From Tubulanus polymorphus (lineage: Eukaryota > Animalia > Nemertea), in assembly GCF_964204645.1 (NCBI RefSeq), contig NC_134028.1, positions 10,044,001 through 10,108,000 on the forward strand: 64,000 nt of DNA, written 5' to 3'. The translations under genes were made by a program, and so were the position numbers. Positions 1-9,292 of this stretch are shown in pieces. The notes beneath the pieces were generated by a model that searched no databases, had not been told where the DNA came from, and worked only from the letters and a program-made list of their open reading frames with translations. How positions within the stretch are numbered: position 1 is the first letter of the stretch; each line of letters begins with the position of its first letter.

Positions 1-413
1 TTCGTAAAAGCGAAGTGGTGAAGATGTATCAACTGTCAACGATGATGAAATTGCCATATGTCTTCCAAATTCATTATCAGTTGGTGGTACGAAACGGGCC
101 TCGGGTATCCTAAATTTCCTTTTGTCAATTTGACAAGTTATTATTGCCAATCAATATATTATTAGGATAATTAGGATAATTCCGATAGGTTACCATCAAT
201 AAATCATTGCTTGCCAGGGTTTGATTGCCCCCGACCGAAGGTCACGCCTACACAAACTCTGGCTACAAACCTTGCATTGATCTATGCGATCGCCCTTGCG
301 TGGATGAGTTCAACTCAGCTCTCTCCATTCTATGTATCTGGCCATTCAGATGAATGGTAATTGATAGAGCGAACCTTCCGATAAAAATCAACGCATCTAT
401 GTGACTTGATATA

Positions 414-575
414 GGGGTCATTCATTTATTACGTACGCATCAAGGTAAGGGGGAGGGGTCAGTGCAATTGCGTACTGTAAAACTTAATGTATATGAAAAA
501 ATGGCCGATTTTGCGTACAGAGGGGGGGGGGGTGAAAATCCATATTTTCTGCGTACGTAATAAATGAATGATCCC
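414..575. mobile_element. MITE (~160 bp), possibly PIF/Harbinger-type
   Basis: TIRs GGGGTCATTCATTTATTACGTACGCA / TGCGTACGTAATAAATGAATGATCCC; ATA on both flanks (411-413, 576-578), a possible 3-bp TSD. Confidence 0.7.
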
Positions 576-1089
576 ATACAGAATAGTGGACGCTAAGTAC
601 GAACCGATCCGTCCAAGAAATCTTTTAGACCAATGCAGGGTTTGCAGCCAGGGTTTGTGAGGCTTGAGCTTAGGCGGGCCGCAATCTGGCAAGTGAAGGT
701 ACTACCCACCGTAAAATATGTTATGCGTTAATTGAATTTACCGTAGATTTTTAATCTCAAGCATGCAGCAATGTCATTGTTAATTATATAGATAGTTTAT
801 GTCAAGTCCTTCGCTTATGCATTATGAGATATCAAATATTTCTGAGCTTATAGATAGCGTTAATGCATAAATTATTAATTATGTTATGTGTGTAGTTGCG
901 TTTTTAATTTTATGACATTTATGTATTCGTACACTACGTACAGTTGATAATTTTCTTTCGGTATTTAATTATATTGTGCATGGACCTAATAGAACAGCCT
1001 TCTAATTCAGTCTATTCTTCAAGGTGGTTCACCGTGCCCCGCAGTGTGGTTCAATTAACAAAGGGACGGTTCCTTTATTAACAACATTA

Positions 1090-1660
1090 AGATCAACCGG
1101 AGATGCTGACCTGTTAATAGCTGAATCTGCATGTGAAAACGCATCAGCGACATCTTTTGTAACCGTTTTAGGTGAAGATACTGATCTACTTATTTTGTAA
1201 CTGCGCCACTACACTGTAGGCAGGGAACCAATACACTTGCAGATTGCAAAGCAGACCAACTCAGTTGATGCCATGAAAGGTTAAACTGATGCCAAGTTTT
1301 TTTAGTTATCTTTTCTTCGTTCATAGTAAGGCAGGATGTAATAGAGCGCCAAGGCGTATACGGCGTAAGCAAGCAGAAAGCAATATCCCGGTACGAACAA
1401 GTGGAACCTAGAAGTTCCTTGATCCTAAAGCAACATCATTAGATATTGAAACTGATGATCAAGATTCTACAGCAGAACTATGTAACGTTGAGACCAATTT
1501 AAGCATGGCCAGGTCATCTAAGTTCAGTGAAAAGGTTTCCAAATCAACTCAACACATTTCACTCGAGAAACCTCTACCTGCACCAACATCTGCAAAGTTT
1601 CATTACTATCGTCTACAGGCTTGGTTGGGCAATGATCTTGCGCCAGAAGAATCGTATGTG
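1090..1660 (+). pseudogene. Degenerate PIN/FEN1-like nuclease fragment, probably a DNA transposon relic
   Basis: Translates as GDADLLIAE...TVLGEDTDLLIL, then LPAPTSAKFHYYRLQAW; several stops and frameshifts. Confidence 0.4.
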
Positions 1661-2191
1661 ATGAACACCCATTGCCCATTTCAATCTATGTTGTATACAC
1701 ACCCTTCTCGTTAAGATGGCGACACCGATCAATAATTGAGCCGTGACGTCATACGGTGAAAAATACTTCCGTGCTATAATGGCGCTCTTTGCAAAAGTTG
1801 GTGAGTAAACAGGAGAAACATTTCATTGTTTTTCGTCATTAAAGCACTCAAATCATGGATGTAAACGAATGAGAGAATCGCTTAACCTGCCGTACCTATA
1901 ATAGATATCGAATCCTTTCAAATGGACGAATAAGTTCAACAAAATCCGGCTGCCCTTTCCTAGAATTTTACTCGTGTCGTGGGTCGTCACCGTCCAGTCA
2001 TCAGTATAGTATTCTCACTCCCTGTTGTGCGGAAATATTGCAGAAATAATATATACATATGGGAAAAACCGGGACCGCAGAATGCTCGCACAAAGGAGCG
2101 AGCACCTACAACGACTTTTGCCTTTTTTTTCAAAAATGACACCGCTGGACTAATGAACTCCACTCAACAGCACAGCTGGCCTAACCAACCC

Positions 2192-2388
2192 AACCAAAGC
2201 CAAACTGACTTCTTCTGTCTGTCCGCAGCGTCACGTAGTGAGAATAGCAACAATTAAGAAGCTCAACAGACATAAACAGGAGCAATGAAAATGCTAAACC
2301 ACAACCGTAAAAGCACGTCCGACAGCGAGGAGAACCAAAGCCAAACTGACTTCTTCCGTCTGTCCGCAGCACCACGTAGTGAGAATAG
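2192..2388. repeat. ~56-bp direct repeat, two copies
   Basis: AACCAAAGCCAAACTGACTTCTTCYGTCTGTCCGCAGC..CACGTAGTGAGAATAG at ~2192 and ~2333. Confidence 0.8.
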
Positions 2389-3399
2389 TTAGCCTTGTCT
2401 AAGTCAGAGACAGACTGGTCAATTTAGAAATGTGCGCTTGGTTTTGACGGCCTCATTTCAAAATATGGCCTAGACTGGATTTATAAAACACCAATATTTA
2501 GAATCTTTAATTCCATCATAGGCGTATTGTATACCTACTTTCGAATCCCGAATTTTATTGACAGTCGGAGTCATCATAACATGAATCACATAAATCAATA
2601 TACCTACTTCACTTTTTAGGGGATGCTGCCTCAAGAACAACTGTCACTGATCATGGATATGTTGCGGCCAGCACACTTGTTGACGTCTACGATCGAGGTT
2701 ATGACACTTTCTGCACGTGCAATTTAAGAACATAAAATAGTGTGTCTTTTATATTCCGGGCTAATTCAAATACCAATATTCATTCGACCGTATTTTGGAT
2801 GTATCTATTTTTACATGAAATAATAATTGTGAGAAATTTTCACCGCAGACTTAATTCTTTTATTTAATCGTGAATGTCCAGAGATAGTACTATTGCTCTA
2901 CCGGTACTATGCATGTTGTTTTAATGCCCAAAAATCTACCCCCTCACCTTGTAGTTAATTCAAGTGACTAAACAGATTTTTCGATTTTACCTAGCGGCCA
3001 TTGATATACCAGGAGCGCTTCTACAGAAACGGCTTAAGACTGCAAGAACGGTGAACTTCAATTCTGGTTGAAATGTCTTAAACCGCAGTAGAGAGCTGCT
3101 GACACAAAAGCTGTCTTGGCGATTAAGTACTGAATTGAATTCTATCATGTTAATGTTAAGTTTAATTTTTAATAAACTATATTGATTTATTTTAAGTCGT
3201 ATTTTAGTTACCAGGATTTGCAGTCCTCTTCTTCTTTCGTGGAACTTCGTGAACAACAAGACGACTGCGAACGTAGCTTTTCATTTCGAAGATCACTTTG
3301 AAGATCTCGCATAAGATTGTTGACCCTGACCCTCTTAAGTGCTTATCTAATTTGAAGAAATTCAAATGCACCTCCTGCAGTAGTAGCACTAATCCAAGA

Positions 3400-4970
3400 A
3401 ACTTTACTAATACTAGCAGTACTAGTAATTATGATATGAAAACATTCAGTTCCATCAGAGAACGGGGAAACTATGTAGAAAATATTCCAAACATATCATA
3501 TGTTACAATCAGACAACACGTAGAGACATCAGGAAGGAGGATTACTGGAATACATATATTGAAAAGACCTTAAAAGGATATACATTTTTCCTCGGAAACA
3601 ATATTAATAATGTATTTTCTGCTCGGGGTAATGAAAGGAATTTGTGCTTGATTAAATGTCAGAGTTTTGAATCTCAAAAGAAATATTAAGAGCCCCACAG
3701 ATTACAGTGTACACAAAAAGATACCGTGTATGTAGCAAATCCAACATGTTCCTGTGTCGCTGGCTTAACGGTCACTGTAACCATATTGTTGGTTTACTTT
3801 TCTATCTAAACCATTGCAAATATATGGAACTGAAGGAATTCCGAAAACCTGGAACTTGTACTAACGAACCCCAGCAGTGGCATAGACCAGCTGGTGTCAG
3901 TGCTGAGCCTATCATAGGGCGATATGTGCTAAAACCTGAGTATGAAAAACAAAAGGAGTGAGCAGTACACTTTATGATGCTAGAGGCCTAGCAATTAGGA
4001 GTTATGATGGTGCTCAACTACTTTTAGAGGAAATGAAAAAACTAAATCCTCATTCAGGTTTTTTGGGGTAAAAACCTCAATCTCCTCATATCGGTTGGAT
4101 ACGTTCGAACAAGAATGGGCTTTGAAACTCCAGTTGGGTCTACATTAGGTCACCAATTAGCAATTACTGAAGGTGACATGACTGTATACTGCAGTCTGGA
4201 AATGGAAGCAGACAAATCTTACCCATATACCAAGCGAACATTTCCAGACCTACCGTTATCAAACCCAGATGGAAAACTTGCGTTTAATTGTGTTTTGCCA
4301 GACATTTTGTTACATGAACTCGAACTGGAAATCCAACTCAACTGACTTTGGATCATTACATTAGCTTAGAAAAATCTACAGTTGGACAAAATACAAAACC
4401 GCTCTGGTCGGATGCAAGAAAATGATCACTAGCAGTAATTTCGGTAGAATTCTCGGAAGAAAATCCTATTTTGTGGAATAGGATTTTCGTACGATAATGT
4501 ACGATAAGAACGAATCGAAGGCTCTAGATAGGTATATTCAATATATGCAAAACATAGGTTATCCTGTCACTTGTTTCGAATCAGGAATGGTGGTACATCC
4601 ACATGTCCCCTGGCTGGGTGCCTCTCCTGATCGCAGATGTATCGATCGTAAAGTAGGCTTAGGACTTCTCGAAATCAAATGTCACTATTCTTTTCGGGAC
4701 ATAAAGCCACACGGAGCCCGTTCCAATCCAACGTTTTGCTGAGCAGAAGTATAGGAAGCAAATATTTTCTTTGAAAAAGACCATGATTACTATGCCCAGA
4801 TTCAAGGCCAGATGGCTGTGACTGGGTTAACTTGGTGTGACTTTCTGGTGTACACAAGTAAAGGCATGTTTATTATCCGTGTTCCATTTGATCTTGAATT
4901 TTGTAATGAGGCGGTTGCCAAATAAGCAAATTTCTTCATTAGGTATTTTCTTCCTGTCACGAATGAAAAT
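3400..4970 (+). pseudogene. SWIM zinc finger + YqaJ (lambda-exonuclease-like) gene relic, as found in ISL2EU-type DNA transposons
   Basis: Fragments CSCVAG..GHCNHIVGLL (SWIM, frameshifted), CTNEPQQWHRP, ITSSNFGRI, PWLGASPD...GLLEIKC, HDYYAQIQGQMAVTGLTWCDFLVYT; many disruptions. Confidence 0.75.
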
Positions 4971-5084
4971 TTAAAAAAATCCATGATACAGTATCTAATT
5001 GATTGAAACAATTTATTATTACACAGATAGAGTTAAACAACCTTAGGAATGTGCACATGTACTGTATATCTTTAATAAGATACA

Positions 5085-5275
5085 AGTAATAGGGATAATA
5101 GGCTTTTATACCAAAGGTCGAAAGGTCGAGAAATTTTCCAAATGTGAAAATAACAATAATTTCTACTTGAATTAGTCGCGTACACTCCTAGAAGTAGAAA
5201 TTATTATTATTTTAACATTTGGAAAATTTCTCAACCTCTCAACCTTTGATATGAAAGCCCATTATCCCTATTACT
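5085..5275. repeat. 191-bp imperfect terminal palindrome (hairpin) of copy A
   Basis: AGTAATAGGGATAAT...TTTCTACTT, loop GAATTAGTCGCGTACACTCCTAG, AAGTAGAAA...ATTATCCCTATTACT. Confidence 0.9.
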
Positions 5276-5599
5276 CTTAAAATAATCATATACATGAATA
5301 AAATATAAATGAATAACATATATAAGTAATTAGAAAATCAGGCTTTCAAGCCAGAGTTAAAGAGTACGAGCTCTTTGAGAATAGATAGATAGATATATTT
5401 TAAACATTATTTCAATATTTATATTTGTATGAGTTAGATTTTTAAACATTGAAAGTGTTAGTTAAGTGTGATTGATTTAATACATAGCATTTGCTTATAC
5501 TAGAACATGATTCTATTTGAGCCTATATACATTTCATGTAATGAACTATTGAATACATCTATAAACTCACAGCTGTCACAGCTGTTACTATGACGCCGA

Positions 5600-5790
5600 G
5601 ACATATGAGTCATAATACTGCAAACGCGTAGAACATTCTAGAAGGTGTACCGGAACTGTGAATAGATGACATGTCATATTCAAAAACGTGTAGAACATTC
5701 TAGAAGGTGTACCGGAACTCTGAATAGAGATGACGTTTCATAATCCCAGACGTGTTCATTCTAGAAATCGCACCGGAACTGAATAGATGA
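5600..5790. promoter_or_regulatory. ~62-bp tandem repeat (about 3 copies) with heat-shock elements; adjacent AP-1 site
   Basis: aGAAcaTTCtaGAAg at 5630-5644 and 5692-5706; TGAGTCA at 5606-5612; ACCGGAA in each unit. Confidence 0.55.
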
Positions 5791-6326
5791 TGTAACATAA
5801 CGCTTAGGATATTCTCTCTCGAAACGCAATTAGGAGTTTATAGTTTACAATTCTAAATCTAAATGTAAGTACTGTTTTTTGTAGTTATTAGGGCTATTAA
5901 ATATGAAACCTTTAGATATATTTAAGTGTATTTAGTATATCTTTTAGATAGCTAGATTTACCGCTGATATCTTTTAGATTAATAAAACGTCATACACATC
6001 AAGAAGCGATAGAGAAACTCAAGATACTCTTTCTGACTGAGGAATCAACAGCAATGGATATCGAACCAATAGAAATTGACGTAGAAGCACAAGAATCACA
6101 AAAGATCGAAGAAGAAACTATATAAGAATTTCAAAAACATTAAGACTCCAATGATTAAGTTTAACATTTGTTGATGTAGTTAAATATTTACCAACAATTG
6201 AAAAAATGTTTGTAATTATAAATTGTATTTATAGAAATCAAATGATGTATTGGAAGAAACGACTGAACAACTTGTATAATGTATTGTGTAAATCTGCTTG
6301 GTGAATGTTCTTTGTTCGGTCGTTTC

Positions 6327-6523
6327 AATTATGATTAGCGCATGCGCATTGATCCAAACCGGGCCTGAATGCCCGGTCTTGCCTAGTGCGCATGCGTTTG
6401 AATTTTCTGTGTTCAGTTGTTTCTATTTTACAGAATTTACAGAATGAATATATAATTATGATTAGCGCATGCGCATTGATCCAAAACGGGCCTGAATGCC
6501 CGGTCTTGCCTAGTGCGCATGCG
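6327..6523. repeat. ~70-bp GC-rich stem-loop unit, duplicated
   Basis: AATTATGATTAGCGCATGCGCATTGATCCAAAMCGGGCCTGAATGCCCGGTCTTGCCTAGTGCGCATGCG at 6327-6396 and 6454-6523. Confidence 0.85.
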
Positions 6524-6674
6524 GCACGGATATTATAACTGGTATGATTTAGATATCAAGGAATAGAAACGACTTATCAAAAGCAGCGAGGAATGAAAAA
6601 GGATGACGTTGGTCGAAGAAATGGAAGAGGATTCTAAAATATTAACCAATTTAGTAAAAAAATATGTATAATAA

Positions 6675-7310
6675 ATGGAATCAGAACAACCACAAACTAT
6701 CAATATTACAAATAACACTGGTGTTATAAATATATACTACAAGAAGTGTTCTAAGTGTGAATTAGCTATAACAGAATTTAGTAAGCGTAAGATTAGCAAA
6801 GATGGTTTTCAATATTGCTGTAAAACTTGTTTTAAACTATATACCAAACAATATCGAGCAGATAATATAGAACATTATAATTATTATATGGCAGAATATA
6901 TGAGAGAAAGATATCAAACAGATCTTAATTTTAGATTGAAACAATGCTTAAGGACTAGATTAACACAATTATTCAACAAAGAAACACATTCAGAAATATA
7001 ATCTAATTTGTTGAGTTGTACAGATAAATTTCTTAAATCATGGATTATATTTCAATTCGATGGTCAAATGAATATAGATAATTATGGAGATTATTTTCAT
7101 ATTGATCATACGTTACAAATATCTAAATTTAACATGAATGATGAATACAATAAAAAACTTATTTGGAATTGGAAAAATTTAAGACCTCTTGAAAAGAAAG
7201 AAAATAAAATCAAATCTAATGAACTAGATTTACAGTTAGATTTAGAACAGTTAACAAAGGCAAAGAAATTTATTGATCAATGGAACAATGATCCGAATAA
7301 TGAACAATAA
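6675..7310 (+). pseudogene. HNH/endonuclease-VII-like nuclease with N-terminal CxxC...CxxC, giant-virus/phage type
   Basis: CSKC...KDGFQYCCKTC; NYGDYFHIDH...NWKNLRPLEKKENKIKSN; two ORFs in the same frame separated by one in-frame TAA (6999-7001). Confidence 0.75.
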
Positions 7311-7603
7311 GTTGAGTCTTTAATGAGTGGTTAAAGATTAATATATCTCAAATAAAATATAATAAAAAAACAATAACTATCCATTATTTCTATTTTAATT
7401 TTTAATATTTTCTTTTACAATTCTTTTCAAAAGAGAATACTTTATATCACAAATAAAAAATACTAAAAAAACAATAACTAATACTAAAATTCTTTACCTT
7501 TAACTAACTAGTATTAACCCAAAGAGATGCTGGTATCATTTTATAATACTTATAATACTTATAATACTTATAATATTTTTCTTATTAAATTTCTATAATA
7601 TAA

Positions 7604-8206
7604 ATGTCAAAGAAATCTAATAAGAATAGTATTAATATTGAAAAAACATTAGATGATTTGGGTATAAGTGATAATAAGGATCCAGTTGTTTCTAATTCTA
7701 TTCAAGTTAATAACAATATTGATTATGAATACTACTTATATTGTAAACACCATCTTGAATTACTAATTGCTGGCGGGAAATCTAAAGAGTTTTTAACTAA
7801 GATAATTACTTTTCAAGAATTAGATGCTATGAAACCAGATAAAGTAATGAAATATTTTAAGATTTATGAAGAAGCTAGATTAGCTAGAATAAATGATTCT
7901 ATTTCAGATGGTATTGTCAAATGTTATTCTAAGTTATGTAACCAGTTAATACCAATTGATGACGAAAATAAATTATATAGTGATTTGAAAAATGACTATT
8001 TAGTTATGACTGAATTACAAAAATGGGTTGGATATGCTTCATTCCAATTTCTTATGACATTAATTTCTACTGGTGTCATAACATTTTCGAACATCAAACC
8101 TATGGAATATAAATCAGGTAAGAACGAAACTGATGACGCTGTACTACAACCAAACGGTGAAACAGAAAATGAATCAGAACAAAAATTAACTAAAATAAAT
8201 GAGTGA
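7604..8206 (+). CDS. Conserved Polinton hypothetical protein, homologue of 52295-52900
   Basis: Shared IEKTLDDLGI, YEYYLYCKH, IYEEAR.ARIND, LYSDLKNDYLVMTEL; starts TATAAATG. Confidence 0.8.
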   Translation: MSKKSNKNSINIEKTLDDLGISDNKDPVVSNSIQVNNNIDYEYYLYCKHHLELLIAGGKSKEFLTKIITFQELDAMKPDKVMKYFKIYEEARLARINDSISDGIVKCYSKLCNQLIPIDDENKLYSDLKNDYLVMTELQKWVGYASFQFLMTLISTGVITFSNIKPMEYKSGKNETDDAVLQPNGETENESEQKLTKINE

Positions 8207-8572
8207 TGGCGTTAAGAAAAAGGCTAGATCAGAGAAACAAATTAAATGGGCAAGAGCATTAGGTAAAAGATCTTCAGAATTAAAAAAGCTAAGAAAAAGA
8301 AATTAACTGATATAAATGAATCACAGAAATTATCTGATATTGATTCAAATAACAATCCATCTAATGCTTCTAATAGTGGAAGAAATAATTACTTATATAT
8401 TACAATTGGATTAGTAACAGTTATTATATTCTCTGGTGTAATATATAAATCTAAATTCAATAATGATTCTGATGATAAAGATGATTCCAATGATAATAAA
8501 CCTATTATACCAGAAAATAAGTCAAATCATAAAGGCATTGAAACTAAATCTAAATTATTATTGATAGATTAA
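8199..8572 (+). pseudogene. Small basic/TM protein, homologue of 52833-53201, frameshifted
   Basis: MSDGVKKKARSEKQIKWARALG resembles KKKPRTQKQIEWSRQLG; hydrophobic YLYITIGLVTVIIF segment lies in another frame. Confidence 0.65.
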
Positions 8573-8578
8573 AATAAG

Positions 8579-9204
8579 ATGAAAAAAGAACAATATTTAA
8601 GAGATTTATATTACAACCCAGAAAGTGAAATATCATATTCTAGCGTTTCTGAATTATGGAATAAAATTAAATCTGATAATGAAAATGGTGCCGTATGGCA
8701 CCCACATGGTGATATAAAATATAGTGAATTAAAAACAAAATCAACCAACATATCAAATCCACAAGAAAATGGATAAAACTTATTTGACAAGAAAAGTTAT
8801 GGTTTCATATATCGATCAACAATGGCAAGCAGATTTAATTGACATGAAGAACTTAGAGGAATACAACAAAAGATATTTCTGGATACTGAATGTTATAGAC
8901 ATATTCAGTAGATACACATGGTCAATTCCAATCAAAAATAAAACTGGTATAGAAGTGACAAATGCTTTTAAATCAATATTTAAAGAAGCTATTCCAGATA
9001 ATTTGATGAAGGTAAGGAATTTTATAACAAACATTTTAAAAAACTATTATCTGATAACGATGTAGATTATTTTTCAACACACGCAGATAAAAGAGCATCT
9101 ATTATAGAAAGATTTAATAAAACATTGAAAACTAGAATGTGGAAATATTTACTGCTAATGAAACATATAAATATATCGATGTGTTAGATGATTTAGTGAA
9201 AGGT
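8579..9204 (+). pseudogene. RVE integrase, frameshifted, truncated by insertion of copy B
   Basis: YLRDLYYNPE, DQQWQADLIDM, IDIFSRY, IIERFNKTLKTRMWKY; ends abruptly at the TIR of copy B. Confidence 0.85.
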
Positions 9205-9292
9205 AGAAATAGGAAAAGTAGGCTTTCAGATCAGAGGTCGAGAGGTCGAGACACCACTCATCACCACAAGTAATTTTTTTCCCTTATAAATG
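9205..9292 (+). repeat. Left TIR of copy B
   Basis: AGAAATAGGAAAAGTAGGCTTTCAGATCAGAGGTCGAGAGGTCGAGACACCACTCATCACC...TATAAATG, similar to C TIR. Confidence 0.85.

Larger units (their letters stand above)
5085..9204. mobile_element. Polinton/Maverick copy A (terminal remnant, hairpin-terminus family)
   Basis: Begins AGTAAT; first ~400 bp homologous to terminus of copy D (56279-56660); carries homologues of copy C genes and an RVE integrase cut by copy B. Confidence 0.8.

Noticed and set aside
5325-5372. Degenerate third TIR-like motif AGTAATTAGAAAATCAGGCTTTCAAGCCAGAG
   Set aside because: Resembles the C-type TIR but is short, not conserved in D, and does not define a separate element
7540-7576. 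(TTATAATAC)x4 microrepeat upstream of the 200-aa gene
   Set aside because: Simple slippage repeat in AT-rich DNA; absent upstream of the homologue in C
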